A stretch of DNA of 62,981 nucleotides, filler included, from Stramenopiles sp. TOSAG23-3 (Eukaryota): NCBI GenBank assembly GCA_900128585.1. It is 8 parts of 8 records of this genome, joined end to end, with 100 filler letters (N's around TTAATTAATTAA, not from the genome) between each part and the next. Parts side by side here need not be neighbours in the genome. Positions count along the whole stretch, not along the records: positions 11,562 to 22,998 come from LT642739.1; positions 23,099 to 34,528 come from LT642740.1; 6 more parts are not named here. One strand, given 5' to 3'. The translations under genes and the position numbers were made by a program. Numbering within the stretch: position 1 is the first letter of the stretch; the number at the start of each line of letters is the position of its first letter. The notes under the pieces are model-generated. The model was not told the origin of the DNA. It made no database searches and saw only the letters and a program-made list of their open reading frames with translations. Shown here piece after piece: positions 20,398 to 30,666 of this stretch.

Positions 20398-22344
20398 ATG
20401 GCTGAACCACCACCAGAAGGAAGAAAGTTGATGAGGAAAAAGACATTTTCCGACCGCATTGCCAGTTTAAACGATGGCCACGAGGACACGGGTTTGGGAG
20501 AGAGTTTATTTTGGCTGTCAATTTTAAGGGCAACAGATACTAGTAAAAAACAGCGGAGGCGGTCCCTGAACCAGAAACCATTGTCCCCAACAGATGAAGA
20601 CGGTGAAGAAGATGGTTTTACGATAATGCGCAAGCCCTCTACCCAGACCGCCTACCACGTCGTATCCGATATGATAGATAGCGATATTGTAGAGCAGTTC
20701 GACTTGACCACGTCAAGTGTACAAGCCCTTTACAAAAGCTTTTGCACCGACGGCAAGGAAACTTTGACGCATGACGAGTTTCGAGTGGCCCTGGCACAGC
20801 AAGGTTTGCTAACATCCACGACCCGTAGCTCGAATTCCAATTTTGAGCGTTTGATACGAATTATAGACGAGGACAACGACGGTATTATCAATTTTGGAGA
20901 GTACTCCGCCTGCATCCAAAAGTTAAAGCTTGCAAATTTAATCATTGAGGAAGAAAACAGAAATTTGGCGACGAACAACGTGAACCATTCAACCGGGATT
21001 AACGTGTTAGAGTATTCAAATGCCATGGCAAGCGTCAAATTTCACATAAAAGACCCCAAAGAATTTTTGTACGGGGAGCGGGAGAAGGAGTGGGCGGTGA
21101 GGTGGGTCCATATCGAAGGGGACGACAAGTACAGTATGCTTCAGATGGCCACGAAATACCGCCTCCACCCAATGCACTTGGTAGACGCGCTGAGCATGCA
21201 TAAGCAGCAACCAAAGTTCCGGACTGACGACGGCCTCTTCTTTGTCATTTTTATGCAGATGCACTTAACGTCCAGGTCTTTGCGCGTTCTTCAAGAGTTC
21301 ATGAAAGACAAATCTACGAAGAAGATCTGCCCCCATCGGCCCAACTCCATCGTTGGTATATTTGACGAGCGCACCGGGGACGTGCCGCCCATGCTAATTG
21401 AGACCGTTCAGTGCCCCCTGGTTGCATTCGTTACTCCTGGGCCAGAGTACAAAACGGTGGTTACCGTTCGTGGGGAATGGGAGTTGCCGATTGATCACTA
21501 CAGTGAGGCCAGGTCTACAGAGACCAAAAACACGCCCGATTACATTTTTACACAGAACAACATGAAGGGAGATGTAAAGGCTGAAATCAGCAAAGAGGCC
21601 AGGCTTGATCCCACCGTAATTAGCAGTATCTCCACCATGTACGGAGAAGGATTTTTCACGACCGTTCTTAGAAAAATCCGAGACCCGCACAGCACAGTTC
21701 GCCGAGGGAATGGGGCTCGGTTGCTGTACAGTATCCTGGACGCATGTGTCACCACCATCAAACCGATCCTCCAGTGCTACCAAATACAGTTGGCGTGGTT
21801 TAGACAAGTGTTGGACCGGGATAGGACTCGGTTTCTGCACGTAAAAGCATTAATGTGCTATAAAAGGCAGCTTTGGGAAATGAAAGTAATGCTTGGCCCC
21901 TGCCGCAAAGTAACCAGTCATGTTATGGGACTTGTGGACGAACAACTGAGGGACTATTTTGAAGACGTAGACGACGAGTTGGACACTTCCATCGAAACGA
22001 TTAACATTTATATTGGCGTTTGCGAAGAGCTGAGTGAAGAATACCGGCATTACAACGACAAACAGCTGAATGATATTTTGCTCATTTTGACCGTTGTAAC
22101 GACCGTCCTACTCCCGATTCAGCTGATTACGGGTATCTTTGGAACGAATTTTGTAGACTTGGAGCCCTTTATGGAGTCTTCATATGGACTTGGCTACACC
22201 ACTGCAATAGGCACGGCACTGACAATCATGTTGACCGTAGCATTTTACTCATACCTGTACAAAAAGAACATCAGCAAAAAGGCGAGAGAAGCAATGAAAG
22301 AGGCGTTAGAACGAAGTCGGTCGCTTTCTGAATTAAAGTTGTAA
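20398..22344 (+). CDS. EF-hand plus CorA/ZntB family divalent cation transporter
   Basis: EF-hand DEDNDGIINFGE; VRWVHIEG, LHP..D, two C-terminal TM helices with P..LITGIFGTNF. Confidence 0.9.
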   Translation: MAEPPPEGRKLMRKKTFSDRIASLNDGHEDTGLGESLFWLSILRATDTSKKQRRRSLNQKPLSPTDEDGEEDGFTIMRKPSTQTAYHVVSDMIDSDIVEQFDLTTSSVQALYKSFCTDGKETLTHDEFRVALAQQGLLTSTTRSSNSNFERLIRIIDEDNDGIINFGEYSACIQKLKLANLIIEEENRNLATNNVNHSTGINVLEYSNAMASVKFHIKDPKEFLYGEREKEWAVRWVHIEGDDKYSMLQMATKYRLHPMHLVDALSMHKQQPKFRTDDGLFFVIFMQMHLTSRSLRVLQEFMKDKSTKKICPHRPNSIVGIFDERTGDVPPMLIETVQCPLVAFVTPGPEYKTVVTVRGEWELPIDHYSEARSTETKNTPDYIFTQNNMKGDVKAEISKEARLDPTVISSISTMYGEGFFTTVLRKIRDPHSTVRRGNGARLLYSILDACVTTIKPILQCYQIQLAWFRQVLDRDRTRFLHVKALMCYKRQLWEMKVMLGPCRKVTSHVMGLVDEQLRDYFEDVDDELDTSIETINIYIGVCEELSEEYRHYNDKQLNDILLILTVVTTVLLPIQLITGIFGTNFVDLEPFMESSYGLGYTTAIGTALTIMLTVAFYSYLYKKNISKKAREAMKEALERSRSLSELKL

Positions 22345-22357
22345 TCTAAAAAACTGA

Positions 22358-22552
22358 CAGGAACGTAAACTGTTAATTCACAAAAGGAGCAGATCCACAT
22401 TCGCGGTATATGAAGACATCATGAGCGTAAAACGGGGAAGTGTCTATTAAAAAAACTGTAAATGAATTAAACAAGAAAATTGGCTGTTATTGAATTTAAA
22501 TAACTAAGAAAAAGTACTTAAAATAACAACAGGGCCAATTTTTTGTTTTTTT
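22358..22552. repeat. 3'-flank element pieces in a convergent spacer
   Basis: Internal fragment 22358-22417 (-), fixed end 22469-22491 (+), degenerate fixed end 22515-22552 (-). Confidence 0.85.
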
Positions 22553-22592
22553 TAAGAAAGTGCTTTGCACAGAGATTGAAACGATTGAAACT

Positions 22593-22754
22593 TTAAAATT
22601 CGTACAAAGTGTATGATGCTTCGTAAAAGTTTGTAAGAAAGCGTGTACACAGAATTACGCGCAACGCTTGCTGGCATCTTTCCCGCCGATTTCTTCTATT
22701 TAACACGCTCAATGCGTACTCGACTTCTTGACGATGCGCGGAAGAGAATGACAT
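22593..22754 (-). CDS. Possible small ORF or gene remnant (53 aa)
   Basis: ATG-initiated, more GC-rich than its flanks, followed in sense by a 3'-flank element copy. Confidence 0.3.
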   Translation of the reverse strand: MSFSSAHRQEVEYALSVLNRRNRRERCQQALRVILCTRFLTNFYEASYTLYEF

Positions 22755-22998
22755 TGCTTCCAATGTTAAACCCAAACTTAAAACCAAATCTATCCAAGTC
22801 TAACTAGTTGTCTACGTATTAGACGACTACAAAGAACTTGAAGTACAAAACAAATGGGTTGGGTTGTAAGAGTATGTATTCTTATGTAAACAAGTATAAT
22901 GTTTTGATAGGAAACGTTAATTCGTGTAATATGTAAAATAGCATATAAATAACATTGATAAAATTACATAAATACAGCATTAACAACAATAATAATGT

Positions 22999-23098
22999 NN
23001 NNNNNNNNNNNNNNNNNNNNNNNNNNNNNNNNNNNNNNNNNNTTAATTAATTAANNNNNNNNNNNNNNNNNNNNNNNNNNNNNNNNNNNNNNNNNNNN
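22999..23098. other. Artificial contig linker
   Basis: N44-TTAATTAATTAA-N44. Confidence 0.98.
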
Positions 23099-23626
23099 GA
23101 AGAAGGAAGAAGAAAAAGAAGAAGAAGAAGGAAGAAGAAAAAAAGAAGTCACCACCGGCTATAATAAAGAAGTCGTCTCTAATAAAAAAAAGTCTAATAA
23201 TAATACTACTAGCTACAGGACTAAATAATAATAATTAATAATAATAATGTTATTAGCTAATAATAATAATAATACGGCGGCGGCGGTAGGTAGTAATAAT
23301 AAAAAACAACAAAAGTTGATGATGAAAAAAGTAAGACGACTATCTTTCTTTTCTTCAACAATAATATAGTTTTGCGTCGAACATTCTTTATTTTCTGTTC
23401 TTTATTTTCTGCGGAAATGTTATCATTTGTTTTGTAGACATTTAGAAGAACTTTTGTGAAAGAACGTATATCGTTCGTAATCCCGCGTCGCGTTGTATTT
23501 ATATATAGTGTGTTTGTAAAATTTCTTAAATCGACCCTTGCGTATATACGTACGACGCGGAGGAGATAATTTTCAGAACATTTAGTTCACGAGTCGTTGT
23601 GTAGATAAACTGGTACTGAATATACG

Positions 23627-24304
23627 ATGGGTGACAACGAAGGTGGTGCTCCAAAAAAACCGGAAGTTCCGGAGCCATTAAACAACTATGGTGTCAGTGC
23701 ACTTCTCCACTACGCGACTGCGAACGGCGACATTGAAGAGAGTTACCGTTTGATCCTTGAAGAAAACGCCAGTGTTCATAGTCTTAATTCCACCCGGTCC
23801 ACCCCGTTGCACATTGCGGCAGGGAGTGGGTTTTACACAATGGTGGAAATGTTGCTGGAGCAAGGAGCCGAAGTTGACAGAAAAGAAAGCAACGAAATCG
23901 GGGCGTACATTCCCCTGCACTGCGCCGTCAAGGGGAACCATATACAAATAGCAGAACTATTGCTGGGGCATGGGTCGGACCCGAACGCAGAGGACGTGAA
24001 CAAAATGACGCCGCTCCATTACTGCGCCAGGATGCCAGACCACGACGACATGGCGCGTTTGCTACTAGCGAAGGGTGGAAACCCGGAACTGAAGGACGAG
24101 AACGGGTACAACGCTTCGTACTGGGCTCAAGAAATGCGTAACAAACCGTTTCTGAAAATAAATGGAATACCGGAACCAGAATCGCCAGGGGTGGAGGATT
24201 TGATCAGCCTGATCAAAGCCCGGAAAGAGGAGTACTCTGCGAAAGTAGGCGGCGGGAAGAAGAAAGATGATGGAGGGAAGAAGAAAAAGAAGAAGAAGAA
24301 GTAA
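23627..24304 (+). CDS. Ankyrin-repeat protein with poly-Lys C-terminus
   Basis: SALLHYA, TPLHIAA, PLHCAV and TPLHYCA repeats. Confidence 0.92.
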   Translation: MGDNEGGAPKKPEVPEPLNNYGVSALLHYATANGDIEESYRLILEENASVHSLNSTRSTPLHIAAGSGFYTMVEMLLEQGAEVDRKESNEIGAYIPLHCAVKGNHIQIAELLLGHGSDPNAEDVNKMTPLHYCARMPDHDDMARLLLAKGGNPELKDENGYNASYWAQEMRNKPFLKINGIPEPESPGVEDLISLIKARKEEYSAKVGGGKKKDDGGKKKKKKKK

Positions 24305-24463
24305 AAAGGCGATCGAGACAATTCGATCATTCATGCGTATAAAAGCTAATATTTTGAATAATGTTCAAACACATAAAAAATTGCGAGGTTACACCACGTT
24401 AAAATTAACAACAAAACATTTACGAACCAAAAACTCTTTCTTTCTTCCTCCCATCCAACAATA

Positions 24464-24973
24464 CTATTCTCCGCTGGCCCCCGAGTCACTGAGTAACCCG
24501 AGCCGGGATTTCCTTTGGCTTTCGTGGTGCAAGGTGTGCGTCGCAAGTAGCTCAGCGGCACGGGCATGCGCACGCGCCCTTGTGTTGACTGGGACAAACG
24601 GCAATGCGTACAAAATTTCAGACAAAAACAGGGCAAAAGAGAGCGAGGCGTCAGATCGAGGGTACAGCTTCATGCTCAACGCTACCAAAGCTTTGCAAAA
24701 CTGCAAAAAATTTATTGTCACCTCGTGGGAGCACACCGAGTTGAAAATAATATCGACGTCATTCACCGTGATCTGTGCACCGATGCAGCACGTTTCATCT
24801 ACCACACCACCTTGCGGCTTCAACACCCCAGGCAACTCGTATTGCAAGTCTAAAAATTCCTTCCTGGACATTCTATAGTTCGATTTGCACTTGACCCCGT
24901 GCTCTTGCTTGAAAGCGGACACGTTCGTCGAATACTCCTGGAATACCCTTCGCAAAGCAGCGTCCTGAATCAT
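24464..24973 (-). CDS. p25-alpha/TPPP-like (EF-hand-fold) protein
   Basis: LRRVFQEY..MSRKEF..ITVNDVDIIFNSV..INFLQFCKALVALSMKLYP resembles the p25-alpha domain. Confidence 0.6.
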   Translation of the reverse strand: MIQDAALRRVFQEYSTNVSAFKQEHGVKCKSNYRMSRKEFLDLQYELPGVLKPQGGVVDETCCIGAQITVNDVDIIFNSVCSHEVTINFLQFCKALVALSMKLYPRSDASLSFALFLSEILYALPFVPVNTRARAHARAAELLATHTLHHESQRKSRLGLLSDSGASGE

Positions 24974-25159
24974 ACCAGCTTTATTTTGTTTTAATAATAT
25001 CAACTAGAGCGATTAAACCCTAATGAAAAAAAACACTGCGTTTGTAAAGCAAAACTAAATCAATTGCACTGATCTACAAGATCAACTTTATATATCCGAT
25101 GTGAAATGAATAACAAACGAAGAACTCCATAATTAATAAAAAAATAATACTGTATTATT

Positions 25160-25167
25160 ATTTTTTT

Positions 25168-25209
<42 letters not shown>

Positions 25210-25597
25210 CTTCTTCTTCTTTCTTCTTCTTTTTTTCTTTCTTCTTCTTCTTCTCCTCTTCTTCTTCCTTCTTCTTAATATAATATCAGACGACTATTAT
25301 CATAAGCACAGCAAGGTTATAATAAATATTATTATTAGTAAAAAAAAAAAGAAAGAAGAAGAAGAAATAAGCAGTCCTCAGCCTACTACAGTATAATAAT
25401 AATACAAACTGTAATTTATATATACACAGCATTATTAGGAGGAGGTGGGACGGAAGAAGAGAGAGAAAAAGTTGAAAGAAGAAGAAGAGAAGAAGAAGAA
25501 GAAGAAGAAGAAGAAGAAGAAGAAAGAAGAAGAAGAAGAAGAGAAGAAGAAAGAAAGAAGAAGAAGAAGAGGAAGAAAGAAGAAGAAGAAGGAGGAG
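25160..25597. repeat. poly(T)/(TTC)n and (GAA)n tracts in a divergent spacer
   Basis: Pyrimidine tract 25160-25276 and purine tract 25453-25597. Confidence 0.9.
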
Positions 25598-25783
25598 GCA
25601 CGACGACGAGGAGGACGTTTTTAAACTTTAATATGCTGTACAAGGAAACAGTAAAAGCGGTGAATGAAATTACCTGAACGAGCCCCCGATGTCCTTTTCA
25701 ACAATAACCATCAAACCCGGACAAAGATTTCGAAAGTTACGCAGTTCGTTTTACATGTGGTACATATATACAATCAGTACAGC

Positions 25784-26164
25784 ATGGTGCGGGTAAAGAC
25801 ACGACATTTGACGGTAAAGGTAAAGACTTCCACGGGCGTGCCGTTGCAGGCGTACCAGTTCGTGACGGCGTTGAGGAAATCGATCGATGAAACGTTTGGA
25901 TGTTTTGGACTGGCACAGGTGGATTCTTCGCTCCATGTAAGCCAAGACGCAGTGGACAAGACTTTGTTTAAAGTCCGATGTTTACGCGAAACGAAAACGA
26001 TGGTTCACGGGGCAATTACGTTCGTATCTCAAGTGAGGGACGCCCGAGTCGTTTGCTCTGTGATAGATATGAAGGGTGTCGTTCGATCCGACCGATTTAA
26101 AATTTCACGCACGTCGAAGAAGAAGCGGAAAAGAAAAGCTTTCGAGTCCGCCCTGGGAAAATGA
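25784..26164 (+). CDS. POP5: RNase P/MRP subunit POP5
   Basis: MVRVKTRHL, SIDETFGCFGLA, VRCLR and GAITFVSQV match the Rpp14/Pop5 pattern. Confidence 0.8.
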   Translation: MVRVKTRHLTVKVKTSTGVPLQAYQFVTALRKSIDETFGCFGLAQVDSSLHVSQDAVDKTLFKVRCLRETKTMVHGAITFVSQVRDARVVCSVIDMKGVVRSDRFKISRTSKKKRKRKAFESALGK

Positions 26165-26300
26165 CGACGAGATGCCCTCGGCAAACGGGTCTCGTGTTCG
26201 TAAAATTCTTACTCTTATTTCTTATTATTGTATATAAATTTATATTTTTTCGCTTTATCATAGGAAAAAGTTTACACCGCTTTCATTATAAAATTAATAA

Positions 26301-26332
26301 AAAAGCAAAAAATAGGCTCTGTTATTTAAGTA
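26301..26332 (+). repeat. Degenerate 3'-flank element copy
   Basis: AAAAGCAAAAAATAGGCTCTGTTATTTAAGTA after the POP5 stop. Confidence 0.65.
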
Positions 26333-26534
26333 CTTTGTAATTAAAATTTATTTTCATGTTTAAAAAACAAAAACAAAACTTTGTATTAATTAAAAAAATA
26401 CGCTGCTAACATTACGAGCGTTTATTGTGAACTTTTAATTTTATCGTTCGCAATAAAAACAAAATGGAATTAACATTTGTTGGGACAAATATCCAAAACC
26501 AAACATACTACCACTCACTCCTCTGTCTCCTATC

Positions 26535-28535
26535 CTACTGCAATGGGCTTTCCGCCTTCCGCTTCTCTCCAACTGTGCCAGTGCTTGGGTTTAGCGGCTG
26601 GAAGAGTTCGATGGCGCTCCTTTGGCAGTGCATACGGACATGCGAGCCGTCCGCTAGTGCAATGTCGACGAGTCTCACCGTGTACATTTTGTGATCTAAA
26701 TTATACGATTGGACGACTCCGCGCAGCGAGGATTGGCCCATTGCGATTTCGACGCGGTCGCGAGGGCGCGGAGAAAGTTGTGTGACGACCGACAGTTCGC
26801 CGGCAAGAACGTGCGCGACACCAAACGGCAGCCTTACCGCCAAGGTCCCAGTCTCCCGAAACCGACTAGTATCCCCGACGACGCCGCCAAGGCTCGCTAC
26901 GTGCAGCAGGGTCACGGCGTCCCCCACGGCAGGCTGGAGGTCTGCCCCGTACCTGCTCCCGACCAACGGCTTGCGGTGCCCTCTGCCCGTGCTTCGAAGG
27001 ATCTTTCTCCGGGTAGCGAACGGCAAGTCTTCCAGGTTTCCCCATATACGCATCCATTCGCTGCTTTGCTCTTCTACATGTAACGGCGTGTCGGCAACTT
27101 TAGCGAGCGTCGCGATGCTGCTCTCGAGCTTGCCCACCAGGCCTTGCAGTTCCAGCTCTGCGTGCATTCGTTTCTGCACGGTCGGCGACTCGAACAGGTC
27201 CAATCCAGCAGCCTTTGGGGCGGTACGTTTTATAATTTGCAGCATGCCCCGCATGCAATTCGACCTGCCACCGTTGGGGCCAACGTACCAAGTCTCCACT
27301 CGACCTTTGAAAATGCCAAACTGCCTCGGCCGCTGGACCGTCTTCCACCCGGGAGGCATTTTTTGCCGCCCCATCCCCTTCAGCGCTCGGAGCTGCTCCA
27401 TTATCCGAAGGATCATGCCCCCATGGGACGTGAGAACCTGCTTCGCCCTGGACTCTGGAATATCTATATTTGCAAACGGAGAGTCGTAATCCTCCTCCTC
27501 CTCCTCCTCCAATACGCCTACGGCTTGGCCCCGCCGCTTTTCACGCATTTTTTTCCGCTGGAGGTACCACCTACGCAGCCGAACTTTTAGGGCCCCAATG
27601 TCTGTGTACGGGACCCTGGTCCAGTCGCAAAGGAGCCGCCGCGCCAGGCACTTTGAAACCACGGAGGACTTGATCATGCGCAGGGTCTCGCCCGCCGCTT
27701 CGTATGTCTCGATCAGCCGAAACATGGTCTCCCTCTGGCTCTTCAGCAAAGTGCTCAGGCTTTCATGGATGACCAGGTCCACTCGATGCTTCGTATCGTT
27801 GTAAAATACGTTGGCCTTTTCAACGTTCTGAAGGGCATTCGACAACTTTTTCGAAGCGTTGCCGAGGAGAAGGACGTTGCGGCCGCTGAGGCCAAGGACA
27901 GGACCTGCGTCTTCCTCGGCGGGCAAGAACTCGTTCAAAACGGTGACACTACCTTTCATCATGTGAATTCTCTTCAACGGTCGTTGCGGCGGGGGGAGGG
28001 TGGCCATGACACGTTTCCCCCCAAGCACCACTTTCTCCCGGCGCGCTTTTAGGGCGTTTTCTTTTCCCATCTGCTGGGACAGCATGCTGTCGCCTTGAAT
28101 GGACGTTTCCATCTGTTTCATGAACTCCTCCAGGTACGTTCCGTAGTACGACGTTTCGGGGTCGACCTCCTCGTCCTCCTCGTCGCTCCCAGGCAGGCTC
28201 GTTTCAAGCGCATCAAACTTGCAGTACGCAAGGGTAGGTGCGTCGCCCCAACCAAGCACTTCCACGCAGTAGATTTCGTCTATAGACCGAAAGGACTTTA
28301 CCAGGCCCGTGAGCCCCCCGAGCCTAAGCTTGACCTCTTCCCCGACCAGGGCGCGCGCGCGTATCGTTCTAAAATCATCCCGTCGACAGTGAATATACGC
28401 CGGCTGGGAATTTGCCAGCGTCCATTCAAGCGACCTAAGGGTGTATATTTCACCCACAATGTTGTAACTTATAATCTGGCATTTCATCTCCCCAAATTTT
28501 AGAAATAGCACCCCTTCCCCGACGAGGTCTGCCAT
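26535..28535 (-). CDS. Multidomain protein with an MBD-like (methyl-CpG-binding fold) segment and SH3/Tudor-like beta repeats
   Basis: MPPGWKTVQRPRQFGIFKGRVETWYVGPNG resembles the MBD consensus; long GC-rich ORF; probable start at 28535. Confidence 0.65.
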   Translation of the reverse strand: MADLVGEGVLFLKFGEMKCQIISYNIVGEIYTLRSLEWTLANSQPAYIHCRRDDFRTIRARALVGEEVKLRLGGLTGLVKSFRSIDEIYCVEVLGWGDAPTLAYCKFDALETSLPGSDEEDEEVDPETSYYGTYLEEFMKQMETSIQGDSMLSQQMGKENALKARREKVVLGGKRVMATLPPPQRPLKRIHMMKGSVTVLNEFLPAEEDAGPVLGLSGRNVLLLGNASKKLSNALQNVEKANVFYNDTKHRVDLVIHESLSTLLKSQRETMFRLIETYEAAGETLRMIKSSVVSKCLARRLLCDWTRVPYTDIGALKVRLRRWYLQRKKMREKRRGQAVGVLEEEEEEDYDSPFANIDIPESRAKQVLTSHGGMILRIMEQLRALKGMGRQKMPPGWKTVQRPRQFGIFKGRVETWYVGPNGGRSNCMRGMLQIIKRTAPKAAGLDLFESPTVQKRMHAELELQGLVGKLESSIATLAKVADTPLHVEEQSSEWMRIWGNLEDLPFATRRKILRSTGRGHRKPLVGSRYGADLQPAVGDAVTLLHVASLGGVVGDTSRFRETGTLAVRLPFGVAHVLAGELSVVTQLSPRPRDRVEIAMGQSSLRGVVQSYNLDHKMYTVRLVDIALADGSHVRMHCQRSAIELFQPLNPSTGTVGEKRKAESPLQ

Positions 28536-28974
28536 CCTACACAAAAGCACCGCAGCGCAGCCCAATCGTTCACCCACCACACACAGAGCTATACCCCAGT
28601 TCCCCAAAAAACAATAAGAACCAAAGCTGTGATCACAATATATAACTTTACAGACTAAATGAAAGGGAAAACGAAAAGGATAAGTTATCATTTCGTAATT
28701 CACATTAATAGCTAGTCGTCTTTATTTCTTTATACATAAAATACAAGTCTATATTCTTTATATAGATATGAATATAAAAAATAATATTTTTTATTATTAA
28801 TTTTTTACTACTAATTTTTTTTTACACAGTAGTATTTATAGTCTACGATATAATTTAATAAAGAAGTGATCGCTCCTCGCTCCTCCTGCCTGCCCCGCCC
28901 GTGGGGAGGAGAAGAAGAGAAAGAAGAAGGAGAGGACGACAGAGGGGGACGGAGGAGGAAGGATCGAATTTGAT

Positions 28975-29240
28975 TTTTTCTTCTTTCTTCTCTTCTTCTT
29001 CTTCTTCTTCTTCTTCTTCTTCTTCTTCTATCTTCTTCTTTCTTCTTTCTTCTTCTATCTTCTTCTTTCTTCTTCTTCTTTCTTCTTCTTCTATCTTCTT
29101 CTTCATTCTTCTTCTTCTATCTTCTTCTTCTCTTCTTCTTCTTCTTCTTCTTCTTCTTCTTCTTCTTTCTTCTTCTTCTTCTTCTTTTAATTCTTCTTTT
29201 ATCTTCTTCTTTCTTCTTCTTCTTCTTCATTCTTCTTCTT
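28975..29240. repeat. (TTC)n compound microsatellite in a divergent spacer
   Basis: Seen directly. Confidence 0.95.
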
Positions 29241-29697
29241 TATATTATTATATAAATATTAATAATAGAAGATGTAAATATAATAATAATAATAATACTC
29301 TGACCTCTGACCTCGTTGTTTTATTTGAATTTTTTAATTAATTGTATAAAAATATCTAGTTTATATAAATACCATCCAATCGTGGAATAGTATGAAAACG
29401 GAATACTCAATCCACTCAAGCAACTCCTCCTCACATCATCACAGCTATTTATTAGAATATTATATAATGATGTACTACCAGCAGCAGCAGGAGCAGGGGC
29501 GGGGGGAGTTTTTTTTAATTGAAATTGAATAATTTGAATTTGAAGAAATTACAAAAAAATATACGATCTAATATATATTATGTAAAAGAAAAGGTTTTAA
29601 CAGAAATGTTCGAATAAGTTGACTGTTTTTAATTTAATTTAATTAATCTTTTTACGTTGAATCGAAACGTATCTCTGTTTTTTCGCATCCTTTTGCC

Positions 29698-30429
29698 ATG
29701 ATGGCCGCGAATTTACTTGCTACCACGAAGAAGCGGAAGAGCAACGAGCTTCGGACCGTTTCGAGTTCGGGGCTGACGGTGCACCAGTACCTAGAAAACG
29801 AGAAGAAAAAAATCATCGAGGCAGTCCAAGCGGCGCTGGGCGATCAAGTGAATCGTTTGCGTGCCGAGTTTGAGGAGGGCAAGGTGGAGTTGGAGAAGGA
29901 ATTAGAAACGTTGTTGGAAGGGAACGCAGGGGACGAGGAAAACGGTGTCTCCGCCGCCAACCAAGAGGGCGTGGCGACCGAGGCGGGCGAGAAGGCGGGC
30001 AAGGGCGGCGCGGCGGACTCAGAGAACGTCGCGGCAAATAGTAGCAGCTCCAGCGACACCGCCGACGCCAAGGAACCACAGAAAAAAACATCCAAGGCGA
30101 TCCTTCGCGTGCACGTAGCCCAGGGCGAGCACGCTGGGGAAAAGTTTACGTTCAAGAAATCGAACCGCATGCAAGTAATGATCGGTCGCTCCACAGGGAA
30201 ACGGTTCAAAAAGGGGGGGATTAGTCTCCCCAAAGACGGGGAAGTGAGCACGACCCACGGAAAGATTTGGGTAGTGAAAGGGGACATATGTTTCACGGAT
30301 CTGGGGAGCACGAACGGATCGTTTCTCAACGGGGAAGAACTAGAGAATCGAGTGCCCTATATTTTGAATCACAACGACAAGCTGCGTGTGGGTCAGTGTA
30401 TCTTGCATTGCACGCACGAAGAATTCTAG
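29698..30429 (+). CDS. Coiled-coil plus C-terminal FHA domain protein
   Basis: IGRS..VSTTHG..DLGSTNGSFLNG. Confidence 0.9.
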   Translation: MMAANLLATTKKRKSNELRTVSSSGLTVHQYLENEKKKIIEAVQAALGDQVNRLRAEFEEGKVELEKELETLLEGNAGDEENGVSAANQEGVATEAGEKAGKGGAADSENVAANSSSSSDTADAKEPQKKTSKAILRVHVAQGEHAGEKFTFKKSNRMQVMIGRSTGKRFKKGGISLPKDGEVSTTHGKIWVVKGDICFTDLGSTNGSFLNGEELENRVPYILNHNDKLRVGQCILHCTHEEF

Positions 30430-30666
30430 TAAGATTTTGGCGAATGGGGGTATTCATCGAGAACAACTAACAGTGAAAAAACAAATTATATACTAAGTGA
30501 TACACTCACACTCACAGTATTTCGGGCAAAGCTGCGAAAGACATCACCACATTAAGTACGAATTAATATAAGAGCAAGAACCTTTAAGCTTTAAGAACTT
30601 ACCTTAAAAATGAAAACGTTAAAAAAAACATTCTGAAAATACGAAAACACCTCACACTCCACCACG

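Noticed and set aside
24267-24878. 203-aa plus-strand ORF overlapping the ankyrin gene end
   Set aside because: Antisense to the better-supported TPPP-like gene and crosses AT-rich spacer
28855-29341. Poly-E/K/S/F ORFs (also 11275, 19342, 25416, 40933-41455)
   Set aside because: Translations of GAA/TTC microsatellites
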